Positions 19,761 to 29,070 of a stretch of DNA of 64,000 bases are shown one piece after another (the stretch's first letter is position 1; each line of letters opens with the position of its first letter). The DNA comes from Spirochaetia bacterium (GTDB lineage: Bacteria; Spirochaetota; Spirochaetia; WTKD01; G963693115), in assembly GCA_965226055.1 (NCBI GenBank), contig CBDDCA010000006.1:258251-322250 (forward strand), read 5' to 3'. The translations under genes were made by a program, and so were the position numbers. The notes under the pieces were generated by a model. That model worked only from the letters and a program-made list of their open reading frames with translations. It did no database searches and was not told where the DNA came from.

Positions 19761-22289
19761 TTATAACTTTATAGTGAGAAAAAAACTAATTTCTAGCTGA
19801 CGTAGCCATTTGCTCGGACTAAAAGTGTATTCAATTTTTCTATTTGAAGGATCCTTATTACTTGAACCTGCTGTTTCTTTATCTTTTATTTCTTTGTCAT
19901 CTATTTGAAACCAAGCAAGAAAATCTCCTAAACTAAATCGGTATCCTAACACAACATTTTTATTATCAAGGAATTTGCCCGAGAAGGCAGGGACTAAACT
20001 CCATATTGGAGCATAACTACGTGCAGAATTGATCTCTGTTGTATCAAATCCTGTCCGAGGGTACACTGTAAGAGGAAACTCTGGTGATGGATGTTTTTCA
20101 TATACAGTGGGAGTAAATGGAGTATCTATAGTGTATACATTGGTGAGAGAAAAATTAAACGCGGGGTTTACTTTGTACAAATAGCTTAATTTAATGGTGT
20201 GCCGATAATCATTAGAGGCAGGAAGCCATATATCATCCTTTGTCTTAAAATATACAAACCCCAATGTGTATGAAATATCTAATATATGAAAATCGGTGGT
20301 ATACTGATAACGAAATGTTGCTCCTGTACCAAATCCATGTTTTACAGGTAAATACGAAAAGCCTCTTATGTTTGAGTTTGCATAGTCAGGATCTGAAAAA
20401 TCGGGAACGACATTATATTTGTATTGACTAAATATACCTTCAAAACCATAATACCATCCAAAGTAGGGAGATACAGAGAGCTGATGATCGCCAAGCTGTA
20501 TAAGATATTTCGCAAAAGACATTGTTCCATAGCTTGGATTGGTAAATGTTGTTTCATCGTACTGGTACTTAATAGTTTTTTCTAAAATTTTTCTATTGAC
20601 ATATTGTAATTCTTCTAAAAATGCAGGACTCCATCCTGTAAACAGGGAGAGTACATGTATATCGCTAAATGTTAGTGCATAGTCTGCTCGTACAGAAGGA
20701 TACACTTTGCTAGGGTCTTGTGCTATCCAAGATATGCCAGGACTTACAGAAAATGACATTTCTCCTCTATCGTATAGTTCCTCATAATCGTATTGGAAAA
20801 ATGCATAGGCTTTAAGATAGTCTTCGTTAATGGTGTACTTTGGCAGAGCAGCTTCTTTGTCTGTTTTATTCTCAGAATCGTTTGGATCTATATAATAAAA
20901 TATATCTTCGTAATTTGATCTTAAGGTAACATAGTCCACTATTGATCCTATGCTCATAACAACATTATCAAAAAACGACTGTGAATAGATATTTTTTATT
21001 CCTGTATTCCATACATTTGAATTTCCTTTATAGTAATATCCTGTATTATACAGTTCTTGATCGAGTTCTATAATGTTTCTACGCGTTTCTCCTATATTTT
21101 TTCTTCTAAATTCTGAATTAACATTTGCTACATAATAATAACTATAGATATCAAGCTCATTAAATGCACTTGCTCCAATTAATTTTGACCATTGTAGTCC
21201 TCCTCCAACAAAATAAGGGAAATTTTTAGATTCTAAAGTTACATCTTCATTTGAGGCACTTACATCAATAGTATCATAATACGCAAGCGTTAATAGTTTT
21301 ATTCTGTCTGCCCCTTTTGTGTATTCTAATGATAAAAAGAGATCTCCATATAAATAGCGCTCTATGTTTGTTTGTGTTTCTCCTGCAGATTCCGCAATTA
21401 ATTGTATAAGAGGAAACAGCGTATATTGAGAAATAGACTGCTTTGCCATAGTAAATAATGTTGTATGTTCATTTAAGTTAGTACGATAACTCAAAAAAGG
21501 ATCAGTAATGCCTACCCCTATATCTAATTGATGAGATGTTACTGTTTCGGGATACACAACAGTGGTTCCTCCAAGTGATTGTCCGTACCGTCCTGGAGGG
21601 GGACCTTTTAGTGTTTTTACTGAGCTAATTGATTCTTTTGAGAGTATTGGCTTTGTATTATCTGATAAATGAGTGTTTGAAGGAATGGGCAAAAAATCAA
21701 TATATGCTTGATTCCATGCAGAGTCTCCTCCAAATACCGAGAATAAAGAACCATAAGAAAAAAAGGTGCCATTTTGTGGATCAATTAAAAAAGGAGAAGT
21801 AGCATTTTCTTTTTCATTTATAAATACCCCTGCTTCTGTAGTGATAATATTAAATGGATCATTGTCTACTACAGGGAGATTGTCTATAAATTCAGCGTCA
21901 TACTCCTCTTTGTTCGGTTCAATTTGTATCTTTCTTTCTGCGGTAACAATAATCTCTTGTTCAAATTCTTCACTTATATCATCTAGTACAAATAGATACG
22001 GATCACGCTCCGAAGAAGAGACTGTTCCTATTTCAATGGTATAATCAAATTCTTTTTCCTCTATTGTGATGATCTTTACTGTATAGATTCCTGCATCAAT
22101 ATCTTTGAATACAAAGTTGCCTTCTGTATCACTCACTTCAATAGCGTCCAGTTCTATAATAATGATCGTTACATCAGAGAGAGATGCGTCATTTGATGAT
22201 GTACTGGAAACTACTTTTCCATAAAAATCTATTGCAAATACTGGCACACAAAGAAACAGAAACAAAATAGACACTATATACGGTTTCAT
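19761..22289 (-). CDS. Outer-membrane beta-barrel protein with an N-terminal carboxypeptidase-regulatory-like domain (TonB-dependent-receptor-like)
   Basis: Signal peptide MKPYIVSILFLFLCVPVFA, with an AAGGGG RBS upstream of the ATG at 22289. The track's earlier start at 22331 lacks an RBS. A 'GKVVS..DVTIIIIELDAIEV.DTEGNF.F' CarbopepD-like domain is followed by 'EIIVTAER' (plug/TonB-box-like) and a long region with alternating aromatic residues. Confidence 0.6.
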   Translation of the reverse strand: MKPYIVSILFLFLCVPVFAIDFYGKVVSSTSSNDASLSDVTIIIIELDAIEVSDTEGNFVFKDIDAGIYTVKIITIEEKEFDYTIEIGTVSSSERDPYLFVLDDISEEFEQEIIVTAERKIQIEPNKEEYDAEFIDNLPVVDNDPFNIITTEAGVFINEKENATSPFLIDPQNGTFFSYGSLFSVFGGDSAWNQAYIDFLPIPSNTHLSDNTKPILSKESISSVKTLKGPPPGRYGQSLGGTTVVYPETVTSHQLDIGVGITDPFLSYRTNLNEHTTLFTMAKQSISQYTLFPLIQLIAESAGETQTNIERYLYGDLFLSLEYTKGADRIKLLTLAYYDTIDVSASNEDVTLESKNFPYFVGGGLQWSKLIGASAFNELDIYSYYYVANVNSEFRRKNIGETRRNIIELDQELYNTGYYYKGNSNVWNTGIKNIYSQSFFDNVVMSIGSIVDYVTLRSNYEDIFYYIDPNDSENKTDKEAALPKYTINEDYLKAYAFFQYDYEELYDRGEMSFSVSPGISWIAQDPSKVYPSVRADYALTFSDIHVLSLFTGWSPAFLEELQYVNRKILEKTIKYQYDETTFTNPSYGTMSFAKYLIQLGDHQLSVSPYFGWYYGFEGIFSQYKYNVVPDFSDPDYANSNIRGFSYLPVKHGFGTGATFRYQYTTDFHILDISYTLGFVYFKTKDDIWLPASNDYRHTIKLSYLYKVNPAFNFSLTNVYTIDTPFTPTVYEKHPSPEFPLTVYPRTGFDTTEINSARSYAPIWSLVPAFSGKFLDNKNVVLGYRFSLGDFLAWFQIDDKEIKDKETAGSSNKDPSNRKIEYTFSPSKWLRQLEISFFLTIKL

Positions 22290-22364
22290 AAAAATACCCC
22301 TTAGTATTATATATACTATATCATAATACACTATATCATATTTATTTCATTTCCTATTTTATAT

Positions 22365-23216
22365 CTACTTAATTGCTCCGCCTATCATGCCTCTGATGAT
22401 ATATCTTTGTGCAAAAATAAATAAAATAACAATGGGGATAAGTGATAGTAATGCCGCAGTCAAAATGAGTTCCCATTGTTTGACATAGGCTCCTACAAAA
22501 TTAGCAACAGCAAGAGGAATTGTTTGTATTTGATTTCCTTTTCCTAGTACTAGAATAGGTAATAAAAAGTCATTCCATATCCATATACCATTTAATATCA
22601 ATACGGTAACATATACAGGTTTGAGAATAGGAAACACAATATAGAAAAAAGTTTGAAATGGATTGCATCCATCAACCCGTGCAGCGTCTTCTAATTCTAG
22701 TGGTATCGCTTTAATAAATCCATGAAATAAAAATATAGAAAGTGGTGCACCAAATCCAACATATGCAAATATAATGCCAGTATAAGAACGTAGCATCTTA
22801 ATGCCAACAGTAGATCCAAATATTCTAAACCATGATATTAAGGGTAACATCACTACTTGAAAAGGAATGACCATTGCACCAACAAAAATCAAAAATAATA
22901 CTGCAGATATTTTGTTCTTTGTGCGTACTAGTACCCATGCAGCCATAGAAGAACTGGTGGTTATCAATAACAGAGATACTGTGGTAATAATAGAAGAGCT
23001 TATAAAAGAAGATATATACCGTATATTTTTATCACTAAGAATAAAGGCAATATTATCAAAAATATTTGACCAATTTTCAGGAAATGATAAGGGGTTGTTT
23101 GTAATTTGAAAAGAAGATTTCGCTGAATTTATTATTACTAAGCCAAGAGGCAAGAAAACAGCAATACATAGCAGTAGGGTAATAGATTCTAATATACGTA
23201 ATATTACTTTATTCAT
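22365..23216 (-). CDS. Carbohydrate ABC transporter permease (CUT1, MalG-like)
   Basis: Six TM segments and an EAA-like loop (LEDAARVDGCNPFQTFFYIVFPILKP). Confidence 0.8.
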   Translation of the reverse strand: MNKVILRILESITLLLCIAVFLPLGLVIINSAKSSFQITNNPLSFPENWSNIFDNIAFILSDKNIRYISSFISSSIITTVSLLLITTSSSMAAWVLVRTKNKISAVLFLIFVGAMVIPFQVVMLPLISWFRIFGSTVGIKMLRSYTGIIFAYVGFGAPLSIFLFHGFIKAIPLELEDAARVDGCNPFQTFFYIVFPILKPVYVTVLILNGIWIWNDFLLPILVLGKGNQIQTIPLAVANFVGAYVKQWELILTAALLSLIPIVILFIFAQRYIIRGMIGGAIK

Positions 23217-24109
23217 TACATTTCTACCTCACGTTTTTTATTAAAATATACTTGAACAAGCGATATTACAAGTAATGCTACAAAAAATAGTACTGATTTA
23301 GATTGAGCTACTGCCATTTGACTTACTCCTTTTACTACTTTCTCTGATTCTTTTATGATATGCATTGATATTAGCTCAGTGCCTTGCATGGCTCTTCCCA
23401 TAAACATGGTGGAAGGCCCTCCGTAAGTGAGGGAATAGTTTACATCGTATTGCTTAAATGAATACAGGAGAGAGATAAATGTACATACTGTAAATGCAGG
23501 GGCTATCATAGGAATAGTAATTTTTCGAAATCTATCCCATGCACTTGCTCCATCAATCATGGCAGCTTCAAATAATGATTCAGGAATGCTCTGTAAGCCC
23601 GTGATATAAATTATCATAAGGTATCCTGCATATTGCCATACTCCCACTATTACCAGTGCTACTGTTGCATAATTTCTATCGGATAACATGAGAAAATCGG
23701 TATTAAAAAAACTAGGAAAAAATCTACTAAAAATAAATTGCCAAATATATCCTAGTATCAATCCTCCTATTAAATTAGGAAGAAAAAATCCTGCTCGATA
23801 AAAATTTCTAAATTTTAGTTTCTGTGTTACCAATAGTGCCAGTGATAAGGCACATACATTCATAAACACAATGTTAAGCGTACTGTATACTACAGTAATA
23901 ATAATTGAGTAAAGAAATCGCGGATCCTCAGAAAACATTTTTCGATAATTTTCAAAGCCAAGAAATTCTTTTACACGAATGCCGTTCCAATCAGTAAACG
24001 AATAAAAGACTCCCATAAAAAATGGGATGATCATAACCATAATAAATGCAATAAGAGCAGGGGCTAAAAATATCCAAAAATACATTGTATCGTTTTTTCT
24101 TCCTCTCAT
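23216..24109 (-). CDS. Carbohydrate ABC transporter permease (CUT1, MalF-like)
   Basis: EAA motif 'EAAMIDGASAWDRFRKITIPMIAP'. Its stop overlaps the start of the next permease. Confidence 0.8.
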   Translation of the reverse strand: MRGRKNDTMYFWIFLAPALIAFIMVMIIPFFMGVFYSFTDWNGIRVKEFLGFENYRKMFSEDPRFLYSIIITVVYSTLNIVFMNVCALSLALLVTQKLKFRNFYRAGFFLPNLIGGLILGYIWQFIFSRFFPSFFNTDFLMLSDRNYATVALVIVGVWQYAGYLMIIYITGLQSIPESLFEAAMIDGASAWDRFRKITIPMIAPAFTVCTFISLLYSFKQYDVNYSLTYGGPSTMFMGRAMQGTELISMHIIKESEKVVKGVSQMAVAQSKSVLFFVALLVISLVQVYFNKKREVEM

Positions 24110-24130
24110 AGTTTTTTCTCCTCACATATA

Positions 24131-25501
24131 TTATTGTAAATATTCTAAATACTCTTTTTGTACTTCTACCATCACCTCTACATATTCAGAGATATTTCTT
24201 GCTACATCTACTACTGGGTCTACAAGTAGTGCTTGTACTACTGATTGTTTTGATTTACTCATTATTGCATGAGCAGTCATGTCATGAATACCCACTTGAT
24301 TACGCAGTATTCCAGCATACGCAGGGGGTAACGGGGGGAGTGCTATGCCTTGTACTCCATTTTTATTGATACGAGCAGGAACTTCTACTGCAATACATTC
24401 TGGTAACTCGCTTATATATTTTCCTCCATTACCGTCACTATTAGGAATATTCACTGCTGCTTCTATGTAATCTACATCCTGTATGATACCATCGATAATA
24501 ATAGCAATGCGTTCACTTATACGTTTCTCAATTTTATGTTTCTTCTGTAACATATAGCGCTGATAGTACCGATAAAAATCAAGTATTCCACGATGATCGG
24601 CTACATCGTAGGCCCATCCAAGATATTCACCAAAATGACTATCGGAAGTAATGGGCAAAAGCCCAAACTGTTCAAGAATAAACAAAAAAAGCCTGCGTTC
24701 TCCCCAAAAACGTGATGCAGATATATCTGCCATTTCAGTAGCTCCTTCTGTTTCAATAAATTCACCATGTTCCATAAGGTGCATCATATAATCACTATAG
24801 GTAGGGACTGTCTTAAAAAACTCTTTTGCTTTTGCACGAATATCAGGATATACATCTTTTTTACTGTCTTTATAGTGTGCTTCCAGTAACACACTAAAGT
24901 GATTAAGTCCACCAGCTACAAGTTCTAAATTATCAAATGATGTATGAAGCATACTAGGAAGATACCGCTCTAAAGACGCTATTTCATGACACAGTCCAAT
25001 AAATTTTATATCAGGAAATTTTTTATGTACAGTGGTACATATTCTGCTCATAGGATTGCTATAATTAAACACAAACGCATCTGGACAAATACGCTGTATG
25101 TCTTCACACATAGCAAGTATAGGAGGAACAATACGCAAAGAGTGAAACAATCCTCCTGGTCCACCATTTTCTCCATATATTTGACGAATTCCATATTGTT
25201 GGGCAATAGTTCTATCTTGATCCCATAATACAAAACGGTCTCCTATTTCTATGGAAATAATAACAAAATCAGCACCTTGTAATGCTTCCTCTCTATTGGT
25301 AGTTGCTTTAATGGTGAACTGAAGCGAAGTATCTTGTTCAAGAAATGCAAGGGTATGATCGTGCACTTCTTTCAATTTCTTTGCGTTAATATCAAGGAGT
25401 GTAATAGTACTGCCTTGTAGAGAGGGAGTACAAAAAATATCTCCTAAAGTTCCATATCCAAATTGATGACTTCCTGCACCGATAAGCACTATATTAGCCA
25501 T
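24131..25501 (-). CDS. Glycoside hydrolase family 4 (NAD+/Mn2+-dependent alpha-galactosidase or 6-phospho-glucosidase type)
   Basis: N-terminal Rossmann 'IVLIGAGS', a 'GLCHEI' motif, and ~450 aa, all typical of GH4 (MelA/AglA/LplD). Confidence 0.8.
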   Translation of the reverse strand: MANIVLIGAGSHQFGYGTLGDIFCTPSLQGSTITLLDINAKKLKEVHDHTLAFLEQDTSLQFTIKATTNREEALQGADFVIISIEIGDRFVLWDQDRTIAQQYGIRQIYGENGGPGGLFHSLRIVPPILAMCEDIQRICPDAFVFNYSNPMSRICTTVHKKFPDIKFIGLCHEIASLERYLPSMLHTSFDNLELVAGGLNHFSVLLEAHYKDSKKDVYPDIRAKAKEFFKTVPTYSDYMMHLMEHGEFIETEGATEMADISASRFWGERRLFLFILEQFGLLPITSDSHFGEYLGWAYDVADHRGILDFYRYYQRYMLQKKHKIEKRISERIAIIIDGIIQDVDYIEAAVNIPNSDGNGGKYISELPECIAVEVPARINKNGVQGIALPPLPPAYAGILRNQVGIHDMTAHAIMSKSKQSVVQALLVDPVVDVARNISEYVEVMVEVQKEYLEYLQ

Positions 25502-25546
25502 AGTATATTGTTCCTTTCTTTTTATTTTTTCTTATTATATATATTG

Positions 25547-26797
25547 TTACTGTAATGTAGCAAAAGTTTCCGTAAGCTTTACAACAAACTGATCTTCGGT
25601 CAATTCTTTTTTTGCAAACTGTTCAAACAATGGGCCAAGTACATTGTCTCTAAAATCTCCGGGTAAATAGTATTGATTCCATGCATATGTTTTTCCTTCA
25701 TTCACCCATTCCAGTAAAGATGCAGATAATGGCGCTTTTGGAGTAAGACTAACATTAGTAAAGGCAGGTATAGCTTGAATTTTATTTACCATATAATCAT
25801 GGCCCTGTGGTGTTTCAGCCATAAATCGTAAGAACGCTTTTGCTTTACTTGCATTCCCGTACTTGTTGACTACATACCATGTTGGAGGATTCACAAACAC
25901 TCCATCTGTATCTTCAAACGAAGAACCATGTGGAGCATATGCACGAGGAAATGTCACGTTTGCATTTGCTAAGTTTGGTTCAATCCAATTTCCTTGATGA
26001 ATAAATGCTGCTTTCTGAGTAGCAAAGGCATTGACTTGTGCATCATAGTCTCCTGCCACTAGCACTCGTTGATCAGAGTAATCAAATAATAGCTTTACCC
26101 ACATTACATATTCTCTTAATCGTTCTTTTTCTACTTTTCCTTCAAGTGCTTTCTCTACAACAGAAAGATCATTTCTTGCTAAGCCATTCGAAAGGTACGA
26201 GTTTATATTATGATGAGATGTTACCCAATGCATACCAGAACCTGCAGTCATAGATACTACACTGTCAAGACCTAATACTTCTTTCATATCATCAAGCTCT
26301 TCAAACGCAGCCTTGTATGCATGATAATTAGTGAGTAATGCAGGATCAATGCCTGCCATATCAAGTATTTGTGCGTTATACCCCATGCCCCATCCCTCAA
26401 TGGCTATGGGAAAACCAACAATTTTATCATCAACTTCAAATCCTACATCAGTGTATTGAGTCCACGATTCATCAGAAAGATCATCTATGTATTCTGACCA
26501 TGTTTGGTATCCTTCTTTTCCATCAATGACAAATATATCTGGGGCTTCGCCTGCATTGATATCGGCTCGCAACTGAGTAGTGAGACTACAAGAATCACCT
26601 CCACATGTTTTGACCACTACTTTCATTCCTGTAGATTGCCTAAACACTTCAGCAAACTCTTTGAGCTGAGCATCAATTTCAACTTTGTTATGCATAATTA
26701 TAATAGGACGATCTTTAGTATCTTCATTTGATCCTCCTGCCCACGCTACAGTACTGATGTATACTATCAGTAAAAAATATATACCTATTTTCTTCAT
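25547..26797 (-). CDS. Extracellular solute-binding protein, family 1 (the sugar SBP of the CUT1 operon)
   Basis: A signal peptide and an SBP_bac_1-like profile. It is the first gene of the SBP-GH4-permease-permease operon. Confidence 0.8.
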   Translation of the reverse strand: MKKIGIYFLLIVYISTVAWAGGSNEDTKDRPIIIMHNKVEIDAQLKEFAEVFRQSTGMKVVVKTCGGDSCSLTTQLRADINAGEAPDIFVIDGKEGYQTWSEYIDDLSDESWTQYTDVGFEVDDKIVGFPIAIEGWGMGYNAQILDMAGIDPALLTNYHAYKAAFEELDDMKEVLGLDSVVSMTAGSGMHWVTSHHNINSYLSNGLARNDLSVVEKALEGKVEKERLREYVMWVKLLFDYSDQRVLVAGDYDAQVNAFATQKAAFIHQGNWIEPNLANANVTFPRAYAPHGSSFEDTDGVFVNPPTWYVVNKYGNASKAKAFLRFMAETPQGHDYMVNKIQAIPAFTNVSLTPKAPLSASLLEWVNEGKTYAWNQYYLPGDFRDNVLGPLFEQFAKKELTEDQFVVKLTETFATLQ

Positions 26798-26866
26798 AAA
26801 TTACTCCTTTAATTATTATTAGTATATCATATATGTACATATTATATTTTTATAACAAGAAAATAT

Positions 26867-26906
26867 CACGAGTTCAAGGATTAAATGCGACAAAGGAGCA
26901 AGAAAC
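26867..26906 (+). repeat. Solo IS30-family left-end (IRL) copy. It heads a ~410-bp cassette duplicated at 54278-54700
   Basis: 'cacgagttcaaggattaaatgcgacaaaggagcaagaaa' is followed by sequence that is more than 95% identical to 54325-54700. Confidence 0.55.
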
Positions 26907-27047
26907 ATAAAACAAGCATATTTTTTATTAGCTACTACATATAGTGTATATTTAGTATATAATTTTCAATTTAAGCACTAGAGAAATTTGCTTTATTTTT
27001 ATATTAATGCTATACTAAATGCAGAATAATAAGAGAACAATAACATT

Positions 27048-27281
27048 ATGAGTGTACAAGCAAAAACTGATACAAAAGAAACTACTTTAATTTTAAATAA
27101 TACCGATAAGGAAAATTTGGAAAGATGTTTCTCGGAATGGAAATTCAAAGATTATCAAAGCCTTATGAGGTTCGTATCATCTATTTTAATTGAGAGCGAA
27201 GATAAAATAACAATAGGCATTAAGAAAAGTGGAGTGCTAAAAGAATTTTCACCAGCAGATCATTTACTAAAAGATTCATAA
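27048..27281 (+). CDS. Small hypothetical protein (77 aa) carried on the duplicated IRL cassette. Its paralog is at 54474-54731
   Basis: An ORF is conserved in both cassette copies (MSVQ(A/V)KTDTKETTLILNNTDKENLERCFSEWKFKDYQSLMRFVSSILIESEDKITIGIKKSGVLKEFSPADHL). I recognise no known domain in it. Confidence 0.45.
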   Translation: MSVQAKTDTKETTLILNNTDKENLERCFSEWKFKDYQSLMRFVSSILIESEDKITIGIKKSGVLKEFSPADHLLKDS

Positions 27282-27626
27282 ATGGCAGATAATCAAAACA
27301 ATAAACCTAATGCTGAGTATAGCATTGAACATCAATTAAAGGAGTTAAAGCAAGATATAATTACCCCTCATAAATTTGCAAAGATATTTTCTGATGCTAT
27401 GCGTGAATCAAAAGGTTTAGATGAAAGTATACAAAAATGCTTAAAAGAGCTTATAGCTAAAGATGATGATATTAAAAAGGAAATTTTTGAGAGAATAAAA
27501 GATTACATCAAAGAAGAAAGAAAGTTATTTAATACATCAGTATGGAAAACATCTAAAGACATTATTCTTTTAATTGTAGGTGCTGGAATATCGTTTTTAT
27601 TTACATGGCTAGCAAAGTTTCTTTAA
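27282..27626 (+). CDS. Hypothetical coiled-coil protein with a C-terminal transmembrane anchor (114 aa)
   Basis: Its start abuts the stop of the 77-aa ORF (taaATG). A charged helical N-terminal region is followed by 'IILLIVGAGISFLFTWLAKFL'. Confidence 0.45.
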   Translation: MADNQNNKPNAEYSIEHQLKELKQDIITPHKFAKIFSDAMRESKGLDESIQKCLKELIAKDDDIKKEIFERIKDYIKEERKLFNTSVWKTSKDIILLIVGAGISFLFTWLAKFL

Positions 27627-27673
27627 GTAGCTAAAAAGAAGCTATACATTTGATACCGCACTTGATACCACGA

Positions 27674-28360
27674 CTACTCTCTCTGTAAGTGCTCTATAAT
27701 CATTTCTTTTGCTTCTGAAATCTCTAATAACGATGTTATAAAATAGTGCATATTCTCTTTTTGATGGAATTTTCTCTCATTGACTATCTCATCATAGTTA
27801 ATACACAGTAAACTACACAGCTCTTCTCCTGTATATGCCTCATACTCATTTATCTTATTCTTGAAGCCTGTCACTATCTGTTTTTTGTCTGTTACATTAA
27901 AAGAACACATCACAGGAGTAACGGTAAACTGTATTTCTCGTGATATAAAATTAATATATTCGTGTAAATGCCGTCTCTCTCCCGCTGATTTTTTAGTATC
28001 AAATTGATCTCCATCTTTTACTTCTATGACATAACAATTCTGCACATTCTGTTTTGTTTTTTGGAATGCTACAAAATCAGGCTCAAAAGATTTCTGAGCT
28101 ATTAAGGATTTTTTTATTTGTTGTTTGTTCGCTACCCATATTCCTTCTGGATAGGAATCTGACTTTAGATAAGAGTCAATATCTGTTATTTGATTACAAC
28201 GCTCCCATATAATCTTTTCTAGTTCATTCCCTGCTGATATTACTGTAGCTTGTAACTTACTTATCAAGTTACCTAGCTTTTCATTCCCTACTATTCTTGT
28301 ATAACCACTTGGAGACTGTTTCGTATCTCTTCCTTTTGCTTCACTGAGAAGAGCATTCAT
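27674..28360 (-). CDS. Putative Type II restriction endonuclease (PD-(D/E)xK fold)
   Basis: '..[26 protein letters not shown]' fits a PD...(D/E)xK motif. The start overlaps the upstream methyltransferase stop by 4 nt. I see no other recognisable family. Confidence 0.55.
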   Translation of the reverse strand: MNALLSEAKGRDTKQSPSGYTRIVGNEKLGNLISKLQATVISAGNELEKIIWERCNQITDIDSYLKSDSYPEGIWVANKQQIKKSLIAQKSFEPDFVAFQKTKQNVQNCYVIEVKDGDQFDTKKSAGERRHLHEYINFISREIQFTVTPVMCSFNVTDKKQIVTGFKNKINEYEAYTGEELCSLLCINYDEIVNERKFHQKENMHYFITSLLEISEAKEMIIEHLQRE

Positions 28361-29070
28361 GTTTCTATTATATCACATCCTAAAAAATTTCTGTTTGATT
28401 TTTTACATGCTTCAAATACAGAAAAACTACCGCTTGCAGGGTCTATTACTATATCATCCTCATTTGTTACTGCTTCAATCAATGCTTTTTGTAGCTCTAT
28501 TGGCTTGTTATGAGCATGATTTCTCTCTACTTTCTCATCCCATACATCTCTTATAGTATGAACAGTCCATACTCCCTTTGCTCTTTTAGGAGCTTTCTGA
28601 ATAACATATACATATTCTGATACTCGCCTTGTTCTATACCCCATCCCTATTCTTTGTTTATTCCATGTTATAAGATCCACTATTTCTAAATGAGTTTCTA
28701 CTAACCACTTACTAATACCATTACACAAAATAAATTTGTCTACCCATAAAAAACAATGCCCCATAGGATGCAATACTCTATCTATCTCTTTTATAAACTT
28801 GTCTATTATTTTATCTGTCATCTGTGGCAAAATAGCTCTCGCTTTTTGCCGCTCCCCTTCATTTCCATATCCTTGCTTATCTAAGATTCCTCTATACTGA
28901 GGATCAAAAAATACTACTGGGAATGTATTACTATCCAACTTAGAAAGAAGATCTAAGCCATCCATCTGCATTTTTGTGTTTAGTGTTAGTCCTTTCGCTA
29001 ATGTTATATCTCCTTGCTTAATATCTCGCTTACTCGAATATACATTATTGGGATTATACTGTGCTTTCAT
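28357..29070 (-). CDS. DNA methyltransferase, beta class (N6-adenine/N4-cytosine; N6_N4_Mtase family)
   Basis: Motif IV 'VVFFDPQY' near the N-terminus and motif I '[15 protein letters not shown]' near the C-terminus. The IV-then-I order marks a beta-class amino-MTase. Confidence 0.75.
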   Translation of the reverse strand: MKAQYNPNNVYSSKRDIKQGDITLAKGLTLNTKMQMDGLDLLSKLDSNTFPVVFFDPQYRGILDKQGYGNEGERQKARAILPQMTDKIIDKFIKEIDRVLHPMGHCFLWVDKFILCNGISKWLVETHLEIVDLITWNKQRIGMGYRTRRVSEYVYVIQKAPKRAKGVWTVHTIRDVWDEKVERNHAHNKPIELQKALIEAVTNEDDIVIDPASGSFSVFEACKKSNRNFLGCDIIET

